Numbered from the stretch's first letter, positions 1-9,517 are shown. The stretch is DNA of 42,993 nucleotides from Acidobacteriota bacterium (GCA_036507075.1 DASXQR010000148.1:1-42993); one strand, 5' to 3'. The notes: generated from the letters alone by a model not told the origin. Program-made: numbers and translations.

Positions 1-1
1 T

Positions 2-142
2 GCCACGAAGGCACGAAGACACGAAGAATCGCTATTCATTTTTAAGTGAAACTTCTCATAACTCGATTCAGATTGGCGGAGAAGTGGCACTTCTAATTCA
101 ATCGTTGTCCTTTGTGTCTTCGTGGCTTCGTGTCTTCGTGGC
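2..142. repeat. Inverted-repeat hairpin element, (CACGAAGN)n 8-mer arm family, copy 1
   Basis: Left arm gccacgaaggcacgaagacacgaag (2-26), right arm ctttgtgtcttcgtggcttcgtgtcttcgtggc (110-142), AT-rich spacer. May extend beyond the window start. Confidence 0.9.
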
Positions 143-167
143 TAATCCTCGTTCGTGGCTGATCGAG

Positions 168-1076
168 TTACAGAATCTTCTTGCCAAAGACCGATGCGCA
201 TAGCTCGACGGCCAGTTGCGCGGTGGCGTTGCGCTCATCCAGGATTGGGTTTACTTCTACAATATCGAAGGCGAGCATCCGACCCGAATCTGCCAGAATC
301 TCCATTGCCAGGTGGCTCTCGCGATAAGTGATTCCGCCCCACACCGGAGTGCCCACACCGGGCGCCTCGGTCGGATCCAGCAGGTCAAGATCCAGACTTA
401 CATGAAAACCCGCCGTGCCCTCTGAGGCCAGCGTGATGGCTTTCTCCATCACTCCGCGCATTCCAATCTCATCGATCTCTCGCATGGTGAAAACATGAAT
501 TTTGCTGTTGCGGATCATCTCCCGTTCCAGCGGATCCAGGTCGCGCGCGCCGATGAGAACTGTGTTCTGGGGACGCGCCTTCTCTTTGAAGTCTCCGATT
601 GCCGACAGGGCATCGGGCCCGTACCCAAGGATCGCCGCCAGCGGCATGCCGTGGATGTTCCCCGTGGGACTTGTTTCAGGCGTGTTCATGTCACCATGCG
701 CATCCATCCAGATCAGGCCAATGCGCTCGTTTTTTTGCCTGTAGTATTTGGAAACCCCGGCGATGCTGCCGATGGATATGGAATGGTCTCCTCCAAGGAT
801 CACCGGAGTTGTTCCGTCGCGCATCATGGCAACCACTTTCTCGCACAGGTGCGCGCAGACTTCGGAAACCTCGGCCATGAAGCGCTGCTTGGTTTCTCCT
901 ACCGGGTGGGTTTCAGGGACCGATACATGAAGATTGCCAAGGTCCTGGACGGCGTATCCCAGGTCCCGCAGCCGCTCATTCAGACCGGCGATGCGGATGG
1001 CGGAAGGTCCCATGTCGACGCCGCGGCGACCGGAGCCAAAATCGAGCGGGGCGCCGATGATATTTATCTTCTTCAT
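168..1076 (-). CDS. rocF: Arginase
   Basis: Ureohydrolase motifs GGDHS, DAHGD, SLDLDLLDP..APGVGTP; the N-terminal GAPLDFGSGRRGVDMGP is typical of bacterial arginases. Confidence 0.93.
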   Translation of the reverse strand: MKKINIIGAPLDFGSGRRGVDMGPSAIRIAGLNERLRDLGYAVQDLGNLHVSVPETHPVGETKQRFMAEVSEVCAHLCEKVVAMMRDGTTPVILGGDHSISIGSIAGVSKYYRQKNERIGLIWMDAHGDMNTPETSPTGNIHGMPLAAILGYGPDALSAIGDFKEKARPQNTVLIGARDLDPLEREMIRNSKIHVFTMREIDEIGMRGVMEKAITLASEGTAGFHVSLDLDLLDPTEAPGVGTPVWGGITYRESHLAMEILADSGRMLAFDIVEVNPILDERNATAQLAVELCASVFGKKIL

Positions 1077-1104
1077 CGCCGCTCATTCTGCCACAAAGAG
1101 GATT

Positions 1105-1239
1105 GCCACGAAGTCACGAAGACACGAAGGATTGGTATTTGTTGTGAAGTGACACTTTGGCAAAGACGACGTTAAGTGTTTGGAATAGTGGTACTTCCAA
1201 ATAAATTCATGGATCTTCGTGCCATCGTGTCTTCGTGGC
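1105..1239. repeat. Inverted-repeat hairpin element, (CACGAAGN)n family, copy 2
   Basis: Arms gccacgaagtcacgaagacacgaag (1105-1129) and cttcgtgccatcgtgtcttcgtggc (1215-1239). Confidence 0.9.
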
Positions 1240-1268
1240 GGAACACTGTGGGAACGGAGCCGGCAAAC

Positions 1269-1304
1269 AAAAAAGCCCCAAAACTTGCCTTCAAGTTCCG
1301 GGGC
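1269..1304 (-). terminator. Rho-independent terminator
   Basis: Minus strand reads gccccggaacttg-aagg-caagttttggggc followed by TTTTTT; it lies downstream of the 1446..4517 gene. Confidence 0.75.
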
Positions 1305-1445
1305 CCTTCACTGCTGTACGACCGTGCTGTAGCGGCACGTCCTCGACATGATACGAATGTGCCAAAGTGGTCAAATGTGATCAACGTCACATTTCGGGAG
1401 ATTCGACCTTATTTCGTAAAGTTCCTACAACTCAGACAAAAACTC

Positions 1446-4400
1446 CTACTTCAATTCAGCCTTCTTGGAGATATCCGGCGGAACCGCGGAAAGGAAATCC
1501 AGCGTTTCATTGCCGAATAACTCCTGAATTACGAGGCCACCGTCGGCTCTGAGGACGATAAATCCTCCCAGTTGCACTCCCGCTGCCGGGACAAACTGGC
1601 TGAGCAGTTGAGAGGTCCTCTGCCCGGGCTGCAGCACAATCGGGTTTGACCGCGTCGAAGCTCCCTGCGCCGTGAATACCTCCAGCGTAAAAGTAACCGG
1701 GACGGTGTTGGGATTGTAAATCGCGATTCCAGTGAAATAACCCGTTTCAGCCAAAGCCGGATTCAACCTTCCATTGGCCACGTGGCTGAAAGAGGCCTCC
1801 GCCGCCAGTTCAGTCTGCAGCGGCAGGGCCGCGGCGAACCGGACGTTGGCAGAGGGGTCGCCAAAAACCACATCTCCCAGGACTCCGGGGATGTCGGCGC
1901 TCACTTCAATCGAACCGACAGAGAGCGGAGCGGTACGCGCATCGCCCAAACCGAAGAGATCCCTGGCATCCATTTGTGTCGATCCAAAACTGCCAAGCGT
2001 CTTTGTGAAGCGGCTTCCGATCGGCTGGTGACTCTCGTTGAACGCCTGGACGGTCACCGTCACTGAAAAGCCCGTGGTGTTGACCAGATTCAAGCTGGTA
2101 AAGAACGCAGTTGCGCCACTGCTTCCATGCCCCAACTGCGCTGAGTAGGCCCTGGAACTAAGCGTCGGCGCGATGGCGGTGATTCCAATAGTAGTGTCGC
2201 CGGCGCGGACCAGCTCAAACGCCGCCACCCCTCCGCCGACGGCTTGTATGGAAATGTAACCGCTGCTGCGCGGAAAGGAGACGTCTTTGAAGATATTGCT
2301 GAGGCGGTCGTAAATCATCCCGTGAACCGGAACTTTCAATTCCTGCCGCGAAAGGCGCAGCCCACTTTCGGCATAGAGCGAAACCACCAGCCGTGTCTGT
2401 ATATTGTTCGGATTCGCTATACTGAGCCAGCCTTGGGCGTCCTTTCCCTGGAAAGCCCCCGCTCCTTCGAAAACACGGCTCAGGTAAAGATGAGTTCCGA
2501 TTTCACCGGCGGCGGCCGCGCCATCCAGCCACTTGCCGCTGAAACCACCCACCTGGTAAAAGCTGCTGACCGAGTCGCTGTCCGATTTCAATTCAATCCA
2601 TCCGCTGGATGAACTTCCGCTCAGACCGAGCAGCTCTCCGGCGAGCTTGGCCAGTTGAGCATTCGGCGCAACCTGATTATCGACAGCCGCAATCGTGCTT
2701 CCGTCGGCCCCGAATGCGGTCGCCCTAACTCTTGCAGTGGAGTTCCCGGCATTGCTTATGGCTACGGCCGTGAACTGCTCGCTGTTTCCCTGCAGGAATG
2801 GAATTACCAGGGTCCTCTGCTGCGGGACGGGCGTAGTGCTGCCGCTGCGGAACAAAATGGTTTTTCCGGCCAGATCAATCGCACTGGTGAACACTTCAGC
2901 GATCCCGTTCGAGGTGCCGTAAATTAGAGAATTGTTCTGGGAAAGGTCCACTTGCTGCGGAACAGCCCCCGAACCGGGGGTAACTCCCACGACGCCGATC
3001 AGCTCTTCCTGCTGATCCACGGTGACCTTCAGATTCCCGTACTTGAGCTCCACGTCGCCGTTGGAGAACAATGTAATGCTGAACTGATTGCCATCCGACG
3101 CGTTCAGGCTTGTCTTGCTGTTGAACTCGGGAACATTCATCCAGGTAAACGTGACGCTCTTGTCCCGCTGTGTGAACAACACTTCCCCGGCCTGTTCGGG
3201 ATTCAGATCAGAGAATAAGCCGCCGATACGGGGAGGGCCTGCCGTAAAGCGCGCTAGATCTCTCTCGGTGGATGAAAACTCGCCGCGGCCGAAAGTAAGA
3301 TTGCCGTCCGAGTTCACAAACACGCGATCGTATACCTGGCCGAAGAATGGAAATTTGAAACCGTTGGGAAATTCGAACCCGATGGCATCATCATCGGCCA
3401 GTGTGGGGAGATTGTTGGGGATTTCGTTGGCAATCATCACCAGATTTTCGACTTTTGCATCGGGGGCGACTGTAATGGTGACCCTGGCATCGGGCGGATC
3501 GGCGTCCGTATCGCCGCTTTCTCCACTGCCGTTATAAAAGTCCCGGGGAAATTTTGTAAATCGCGAGTCAAACGGTCCTACGCCGGAGCCTTCGGTGAAC
3601 TCGTCGAAAATCGGTTCAATAAAAAGCTCGTAATCACCGGGTGTGATTCCCTCAAACCGAAACTCGCCGTTATTCCCAATCAGGTAATCCGACACGACCG
3701 AGTAAATCCGCACTTTTTTCTGCGCGGGACTGTAATCCGCGCCCCGCAGCACCACATTGGCGCCCGGAAAGTAATCGCCGCTGGAACGCTTCACAAAGCC
3801 CGTCACCGCCCCGCTTCCGGCACGGTTCCCGGGATAAAGACTGCTGAACCACAGGATTTCATCATCCTGCAATTCTTTTGGCCCACCGCTAAATACGATC
3901 GGAAACATAATCGGAATGAAGGCACGGGCGCCCAAAACGAAGTTGTCCCGCTGCAGGCCCGTGAATTCAATTCCTGCCTGCGTATGATCGAGACCCAGCA
4001 GATGTCCGAATTCATGCAGCATCACCACACCCAACAAGCTCTCACCGACGTCTAAGGAACCGTTAATAACTGCATGTCCCTCAAGGATGGCGTGTGTTTT
4101 CCCATCAATTACGGCGGGTCCTGCAAATCCCAGAACATTCCTGCTGGCGCCTGCGCCAATCAGAAGATCGATAATCGACCCGTCCCTGTCCAGAACGATC
4201 GGTGTCAACCCGTCAGCCATGCTCCTCAGGAAATCACGCGCGTTATCTTTCGTGACATCCACATCGAGGAATCGGTCGAATTGAATGGTCAGGTTGGCCG
4301 TGCTCACGTCGGACCATTTCTTGAAGATGCTCTGAACCAGATCAAGCGACTTCTGCTGATCGATGCCGGCATTCAGGCCGCCAATATCCATCTGGTATTT

Positions 4401-4517
4401 AACGGTTCCCTTCCAGCCGTAAGGTCCGCCTTTATCCACCACCAGGTAGCCGCCGGCAAACGCGCTGGCGGCATTGAAAGCAAAAAGAGACAACAAATAG
4501 AATAAGAGTTTTTTCAT
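1446..4517 (-). CDS. Secreted multidomain metzincin (matrixin/M10-like) metallopeptidase with carboxypeptidase-regulatory-like, NIDO-like and C-terminal beta-sandwich modules
   Basis: Signal peptide; HEFGHLLGLDH zinc motif plus PIMFP Met-turn; GAVTGFV...GANV...GEFRFEGITPGDY; FPFFGQVYDRVFVNSDGNLTF (NIDO-like); repeated T(A/S/G)xxxxN modules at the C-terminus. Confidence 0.8.
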   Translation of the reverse strand: MKKLLFYLLSLFAFNAASAFAGGYLVVDKGGPYGWKGTVKYQMDIGGLNAGIDQQKSLDLVQSIFKKWSDVSTANLTIQFDRFLDVDVTKDNARDFLRSMADGLTPIVLDRDGSIIDLLIGAGASRNVLGFAGPAVIDGKTHAILEGHAVINGSLDVGESLLGVVMLHEFGHLLGLDHTQAGIEFTGLQRDNFVLGARAFIPIMFPIVFSGGPKELQDDEILWFSSLYPGNRAGSGAVTGFVKRSSGDYFPGANVVLRGADYSPAQKKVRIYSVVSDYLIGNNGEFRFEGITPGDYELFIEPIFDEFTEGSGVGPFDSRFTKFPRDFYNGSGESGDTDADPPDARVTITVAPDAKVENLVMIANEIPNNLPTLADDDAIGFEFPNGFKFPFFGQVYDRVFVNSDGNLTFGRGEFSSTERDLARFTAGPPRIGGLFSDLNPEQAGEVLFTQRDKSVTFTWMNVPEFNSKTSLNASDGNQFSITLFSNGDVELKYGNLKVTVDQQEELIGVVGVTPGSGAVPQQVDLSQNNSLIYGTSNGIAEVFTSAIDLAGKTILFRSGSTTPVPQQRTLVIPFLQGNSEQFTAVAISNAGNSTARVRATAFGADGSTIAAVDNQVAPNAQLAKLAGELLGLSGSSSSGWIELKSDSDSVSSFYQVGGFSGKWLDGAAAAGEIGTHLYLSRVFEGAGAFQGKDAQGWLSIANPNNIQTRLVVSLYAESGLRLSRQELKVPVHGMIYDRLSNIFKDVSFPRSSGYISIQAVGGGVAAFELVRAGDTTIGITAIAPTLSSRAYSAQLGHGSSGATAFFTSLNLVNTTGFSVTVTVQAFNESHQPIGSRFTKTLGSFGSTQMDARDLFGLGDARTAPLSVGSIEVSADIPGVLGDVVFGDPSANVRFAAALPLQTELAAEASFSHVANGRLNPALAETGYFTGIAIYNPNTVPVTFTLEVFTAQGASTRSNPIVLQPGQRTSQLLSQFVPAAGVQLGGFIVLRADGGLVIQELFGNETLDFLSAVPPDISKKAELK

Positions 4518-4559
4518 GCGTTTTGACGGCCGCGTCGGCCGGAAATCACTACTCCGTGT

Positions 4560-5105
4560 TTATTGAATTTGTCTGATCAGTGCCAGAAAATCTGCGAGCG
4601 GCAGGCTGCCGGCGGGAATTTCTCTCGTCGCTGGTTGCGCCGCGCCTTTGGCTTGAGCTTGAAGCCTGGCAACCGAGGGTATCATCGTGCCTGCTCGGAT
4701 TACCCTTTCGCCGTTGGCTGCGCGGATCACCGGGTAGTAGCCCTGCTGCATGCCAACCGGACTTGTCAGGCCGATTTCACTGGGGCGGTGAAGAAATAAG
4801 AGCACATCCTGGCCTTTTTTGTAGGCCGGAAGCCCGGGAATGAGAAATGGCCGGGCCAATTGCCTCACCTTGACGGTGCGGGCACTTCCGCCCTTCACCC
4901 AGTCGTTCACCGCGAAGGTGTACTCCGTGTAGCCAAAATCGGTTCCGGCAACCGTGCCATGGTGCATGTCGACTACTCGACCAACAAAAATCTGGTTACT
5001 TTGCCGGACCAGCTCCTCAAGTTCCAGGGGGCGGACGGAAGTCGCATACGCCACAGCCGTGCAGGCCAATAACGTAAAGACTATCAGGGGATAACGTAAT
5101 CTCAC
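4560..5105 (-). CDS. Secreted hypothetical protein resembling the N-terminal module that accompanies matrixin-like proteases
   Basis: GTG start at 5105 preceded by GGAGA (the ORF track start at 5153 looks too early); signal peptide, then TSVRPLELEELVRQSNQIFVGRV...PGLPAYKKGQDVLLFL...PVGMQQG; directly upstream of the protease on the same strand. Confidence 0.7.
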   Translation of the reverse strand: MRLRYPLIVFTLLACTAVAYATSVRPLELEELVRQSNQIFVGRVVDMHHGTVAGTDFGYTEYTFAVNDWVKGGSARTVKVRQLARPFLIPGLPAYKKGQDVLLFLHRPSEIGLTSPVGMQQGYYPVIRAANGERVIRAGTMIPSVARLQAQAKGAAQPATREIPAGSLPLADFLALIRQIQ

Positions 5106-5174
5106 TGGTGGGTTCTCCAATCTCTTCAGAGTCGTACGTACAGAACATATCATTATAATATGCCGCAGTGCTGT

Positions 5175-5235
5175 TTTGTGCCTTCGTGCCTTGATGGTTC
5201 AGATCCCGACACCAAGGAACCAGGACACCATCAAG
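5175..5235. repeat. Degenerate tail-to-head mini hairpin of the CACNAAG arm family
   Basis: tttgtgccttcgtgccttgatggt, ~11 nt, then caccaaggaaccaggacaccatcaag. Confidence 0.55.
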
Positions 5236-5254
5236 AGACAGCGGTAGCTCTCGG

Positions 5255-6565
5255 ATGCCGGAAAATCAGACATTAAGACGCCTTACAGAACAAGAAGTCT
5301 CAAACATTTTTGTCGATCCTCACTCTGAAGCGGCTCGCCGGTGGGTGCAGTACTGGTCTTCGACGGAATCCCGCAACCGGGTATTGCTCACCCAGTTCCG
5401 TGAGGTTGTTTCGCTTGGATTCGAAGGAAAAACGGTCCTGGACGTCGGTTGTGGCAGCGCGGGACTGGCCGCTTCGATTATTTCCGAAGGCGGACATTAC
5501 GCCGGTCTTGATTACTCGCCCTATGTTTTGCAGATGGGACACCTGTGGCTTCGTCGAAACGGTATAAACCCTCTGTTGGTACGCGGTTCTGGATCAGAGC
5601 TACCTTTACGCGACCATGCCTTTGATTACATTTTCGCCTTTGATGTAATCGAGCACCTTGAAGGAGGTTTGCCCCAGCAACTGCAATTCCTGCAGGAACT
5701 TCGTCGAGTGATTCGGCCCTCCGGAATGATTTTTCTGACTACTCCGAACAAGTGGTATCCCTTTGAAGGGCATACTTTCCTGTATTTTCCCCAATTCCTG
5801 CCGATCTCTCTTGCCGATGCTTATATAAGAAGGAAGAACCCCGGATTCTTGCAGGAACACGCTTCCTTTCGCGCGATAAAGCTCTTGACGCCCGGAGATT
5901 TGAAACAATTACTGGATCAGTCCGGCCTTTCGCTGCTGCATCAGTTGCCCTGCGCTCTGGATCTTCGGGATCTTCCCGAACCCCGGCGCTCGGCTTTCCG
6001 ATGTCTTTCCCTGTTTGGCCTGGCCTGGCACCCCTTGCAGGAATTCTGGGGCTGTCTGGTGCGAAGCGAAAATCGTCAGGCATTGCGCGTGAAGTGCCGC
6101 AAGCACCACCAGATTGCGCTGCACGAGTCTCAGGTCGCCACACGGGAGTTCGGCAATGAGGTGGACTTTGACCGCAGTCCGTCGGCTCACCAGTTGAAAA
6201 GAGGATGGTTTCCCCACGAACGCAATGAAACGGGGTTTCGATGGACCGCCCGCGACGCCGAGCTTTGGCTGCAGGCGTCCGGTGGCGAGGATTTTCTCTC
6301 TTTGTCAGGATACTGCAACGGGAGCGAACGCCCAGGACCCGTGGTGATGGACGTCTATTGCGATGGCCAGTGGATCGGCCGTCATGTAATGACCGAGAAT
6401 GAGACAATCGATGCAAGGTTTCTGCTACCACGGAAGGTGGAGCGGCTGCAGATCTGCACGGTGAGAATCGAGGTGCATCCCACTCACACGCCCGGTGGCG
6501 CGGACGAAAGAAAGCTGGGAGTTATCCTGGCGAAAATCGGTCTCGTGAAGACGGCCGATCTGTAA
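5255..6565 (+). CDS. Class I SAM-dependent methyltransferase with C-terminal beta-sandwich domain (surface-glycan locus)
   Basis: VLDVGCGSAG motif I, FDYIFAFDVIEHL, LRRVIRPSG...TTPN; C-terminal GWFPHE...FRWT...D.RKLGV module. Confidence 0.85.
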   Translation: MPENQTLRRLTEQEVSNIFVDPHSEAARRWVQYWSSTESRNRVLLTQFREVVSLGFEGKTVLDVGCGSAGLAASIISEGGHYAGLDYSPYVLQMGHLWLRRNGINPLLVRGSGSELPLRDHAFDYIFAFDVIEHLEGGLPQQLQFLQELRRVIRPSGMIFLTTPNKWYPFEGHTFLYFPQFLPISLADAYIRRKNPGFLQEHASFRAIKLLTPGDLKQLLDQSGLSLLHQLPCALDLRDLPEPRRSAFRCLSLFGLAWHPLQEFWGCLVRSENRQALRVKCRKHHQIALHESQVATREFGNEVDFDRSPSAHQLKRGWFPHERNETGFRWTARDAELWLQASGGEDFLSLSGYCNGSERPGPVVMDVYCDGQWIGRHVMTENETIDARFLLPRKVERLQICTVRIEVHPTHTPGGADERKLGVILAKIGLVKTADL

Positions 6566-6572
6566 CACTAAA

Positions 6573-6885
6573 CTCCGTGCCCTCTGTCCCGGCCGTAGGC
6601 CGCAACCAAAGAAAAAGCCGAGGAAGGTCACGTGCACGTGCACGTCAACGATAGACGTCAACGTCCACGCTCACGAAGAAAAAATCGCAGTTTGTAACGC
6701 ATCGTGTCAATGTTGACCAAAATGATTATGCGCTAAATCTGCCAAGCAGCTTGGACGTGTTCCGTGGACATTGACGTGCACGTGGACGTAGACGATAAAC
6801 GTCGACGTTGACGTGATCGGATGTCTTCTGAAATCTTGTCGAAAAAACAAGAAGTTGCCAACTTGTTACGCAGAGGACGCCGGGA
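6573..6885. mobile_element. Nested non-autonomous element: a GCCGCAACCAA-ended insert carrying a 6-mer (NACGTN)n inverted-repeat hairpin, inside a CACAGAGG-type arm pair
   Basis: Outer ctccgtgccctctgt (6573-6587) and acgcagaggacgccggga (6868-6885); left end cggcc-gta-ggccg-caaccaaa (6590-6610); inner arms ~6629-6675 and ~6762-6816; right end aaatcttgtcgaaaaaacaagaagttgccaacttg (6831-6865), homologous to 22805-22838. Confidence 0.65.
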
Positions 6886-6897
6886 AAGAATTTTTCA

Positions 6898-9312
6898 ATG
6901 CTTGCTCGACTGCGCCTGTCAGGGGTTCTCTTAAGTCTGGCGGCCATTCCTGTTTCAATTCTGCTTGCCGCAATCCTGACAACCAGTGATTTGCTGAGAG
7001 CAGTGCTGCTGCTGTTTCGAAAACGCCCACTTTATTCGGGGGATATTCATGCCAACGCTGCTGGAATTGAGCCGGCTGGTGAAACTCCTCGCGCTGTTTC
7101 CATTGTCATGCTCAACTGGAATGGCCACGCCCTGCTCCAGGAATCTCTGCCGCAGTTGCGGGAAATGCTGCGTAACTGTTCCATCGAGCGCGAAGTAATC
7201 ATTGTCGACAACGGCAGCACCGACGACAGTGTTGATTTTGTGAAGCGGCAGTTCCCGGAGTTTCGGATTGTGGCCCTGCCTGGCAATCTCGGCTTTGGTG
7301 AAGGCAATAACGCCGGCGTGCGGGCCGCCGTCCATCCCTATGTTCTGCTTTTGAACAACGACATGTTCGTGCAGCAGGGTTTCCTTGAACCGCTGGTTGA
7401 AAGCATGAGTGCGGACACTTTCGCGGCTTCGAGCCAGGTGTTTTTTACCGAAGGGCTGAAACGGGAGGAAACGGGAAAGACCATGGCACGTTTCCAGCAT
7501 GGCCGGCTGCAGGTGGGCCACGAAGCAATCACCGTCTCGGACGAGCGCAACAGAGTGCTCAATATTTTTTGGGCCGGCGGCGGAGCGTCTCTTTATCGGC
7601 GGGACCTCTTTCTGCAGCTTGGCGGATTCGACTCGCTCTTTTCCCCCAGTTATGCCGAAGACGCCGATCTGTCCTTTCGGGCCTGGAAAGTCGGGTACCG
7701 TTCCGTGCTCGCCACCGCCAGCAGGGTGATCCACAAGCACCGCAGCAGCTCCCGGAGGCGCTTCGGCGAGGCTGGAACGCAGCGCTTGATGCAGCGTAAC
7801 ATCCGTCTTTTCCTGCTCAAGAATTTTTCCTCCCGCGTCCTGTGGCGGTATCTTGCAATGCTGCCCGCCAACTCACTGGCAAAGGCGGAACTGTCTTTCC
7901 TTCTTGCCACAATGCCGCGCTGGCCATTGCTTTTCCTGAGGCGCGCCGGACGCCCGCGGGCACTGCTGGCAGACAATCAAATCCTGCTCCGAGCCGGCAC
8001 GCCGTATCCGCCAGGTTCCCTTTCGCAGGGTAGCGCCGGCCTCCGGCCGGCAATGAAGAAGCGGCCCTCGCAGGAAGAATCGACCCCAGGCCGGCAAGAT
8101 GCCGGCGCCACAGGCGCGCTTGGCGCTGCGCGCATGCCCAGACCGCTGCGGATTCTTTACGTATCCGCGTATGTCCCGCATCTGTGGCGACACGGAGGGG
8201 CGGGACGCGTATTTCAATTGCTCAGTCGGGTGGCGAATGTTCACCAGGTGAGCGTGGCCACCTTCTACGAGAATGATTTTGAATTGCGTGAATGCGACAA
8301 ACTGCGCCCCTTCTGCCGGTTCTTAGTTCCGGTTTATCGCCGCGGAAAGCCCGCCAAGAACATCTTTCCATATGAACCATTCGATGAATTCAACCTGCCT
8401 GAAATGTGGCAGGCACTGGACTGTCTTCGCCGCGAATCGTCATTCGACATCGTCCATTTTGAGTACACTCAGATGGGCGTCTACGCTGATCAGTTCCCTG
8501 ATTCCCGCAAATTCCTGACCGAGATCGAAGTCAACTACGGTGCAGCCTATAGCAAGCTCGCCCAAATCAATAACCCGGCAAAACGCCTCAAATGGTACTA
8601 CAACGCACTGCAGGTTCTGGATCGGGAGCTGGCACTTTGCCGCAAAGTGGACCATGTAATTTGCGTCAACGAAACAGATGCCGGACTGCTGCGGGATTAC
8701 CTGCCGAGGGGGCATGTGCATGTGGTGCATACGGGTGTGGACATCCATCACTTCAAGCTCAATGGACCTCAATCCGAGGAATCTGATTCGATCGGATTTG
8801 TGGGCGCCTTTCGACATGAACCGAACGTGGACGCAGCGCTGTTTTTTACGCGCGACGTTCTTCCACTGATACAGGCGGAAAACCCGCGCGCGAAATTTTA
8901 CTTGATCGGCGCTAATCCTTCCGATGACATTAAGCGACTGCACAATGGATGCGACATTTATGTCACAGGATTTGTGGACGATCTGCTCGATTACTATCAC
9001 CGCATGTCGGTGATTGTCGTGCCGCTGCGCACCGGGGTCGGGATCCGGGGGAAAATACTGGAAGCGTGGGCTGCCGGCAAGCCGGTGGTTGGGACCGCGC
9101 TGGCGGCTGCCGGAATAGAGGCAAGGCAGGGAGAAAACATATACATCGCCGATTCTCCCGCGGAATTGGCTCAGTGGACCACGAGACTGCTCGAGAACCG
9201 CCCTGCCCGGCAACGGATGGCCCTTCATGGCCGAAAAACCGCCGAAGATCATTACGACTGGGACAGGCTGGCGCAGAGACTCTGCGATTTATACAAGCGG
9301 GCAGTGAAATGA
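6898..9312 (+). CDS. Fused glycosyltransferase: N-terminal GT2 (GT-A) plus C-terminal GT4 (GT-B)
   Basis: SIVMLNWNG...IIVDNGSTDDS...NLGFGEGNN...LLNND...YAEDADL (GT2); RILYVSAY...GFVGAF.HEPNVDA...VVPLRTGVGIRGKILEAWAAGKPVV (GT4). Confidence 0.9.
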   Translation: MLARLRLSGVLLSLAAIPVSILLAAILTTSDLLRAVLLLFRKRPLYSGDIHANAAGIEPAGETPRAVSIVMLNWNGHALLQESLPQLREMLRNCSIEREVIIVDNGSTDDSVDFVKRQFPEFRIVALPGNLGFGEGNNAGVRAAVHPYVLLLNNDMFVQQGFLEPLVESMSADTFAASSQVFFTEGLKREETGKTMARFQHGRLQVGHEAITVSDERNRVLNIFWAGGGASLYRRDLFLQLGGFDSLFSPSYAEDADLSFRAWKVGYRSVLATASRVIHKHRSSSRRRFGEAGTQRLMQRNIRLFLLKNFSSRVLWRYLAMLPANSLAKAELSFLLATMPRWPLLFLRRAGRPRALLADNQILLRAGTPYPPGSLSQGSAGLRPAMKKRPSQEESTPGRQDAGATGALGAARMPRPLRILYVSAYVPHLWRHGGAGRVFQLLSRVANVHQVSVATFYENDFELRECDKLRPFCRFLVPVYRRGKPAKNIFPYEPFDEFNLPEMWQALDCLRRESSFDIVHFEYTQMGVYADQFPDSRKFLTEIEVNYGAAYSKLAQINNPAKRLKWYYNALQVLDRELALCRKVDHVICVNETDAGLLRDYLPRGHVHVVHTGVDIHHFKLNGPQSEESDSIGFVGAFRHEPNVDAALFFTRDVLPLIQAENPRAKFYLIGANPSDDIKRLHNGCDIYVTGFVDDLLDYYHRMSVIVVPLRTGVGIRGKILEAWAAGKPVVGTALAAAGIEARQGENIYIADSPAELAQWTTRLLENRPARQRMALHGRKTAEDHYDWDRLAQRLCDLYKRAVK
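8030..8111. repeat. REP-like doublet (REPIN) inside the GT2-GT4 linker
   Basis: gtagcgccggcctccggccggc (8030-8051) and gccggcaagatgccggcgccac (8090-8111) are inverted with 18/22 identity; each is an imperfect palindrome with a GTAG/GTGG foot. Confidence 0.7.
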
Positions 9313-9329
9313 AACTTCAGCCGATCCTT

Positions 9330-9517
9330 TTCAAATGCGGATTTGGGAATGCGGAATGGAGAATGTGGAATGGGGAACGGAATGTGGAATACGGAATGCG
9401 GAATGCGGAATATATCCGCGTCACTTTTCGAAGCCGAGGGACAAATCACTCCTCATTCCGCTTTCTCCATTCCGCATTCCGCATTCACCATTCAGCATTC
9501 CCCATTCCGCATTTGAA
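9330..9517. repeat. Inverted-repeat hairpin element, (GCGGAAT)n 7-mer family with TTCAAATGCGGA termini
   Basis: ttcaaatgcgga...(gcggaat)n, spacer, (attccgc)n...tccgcatttgaa. Confidence 0.9.

Noticed and set aside
27..110. Element spacer as a decayed GxxExxY gene (one frame reads GEVALLI)
   Set aside because: The match is too short and is not reproduced in the other spacers; it would need a translated HMM search.
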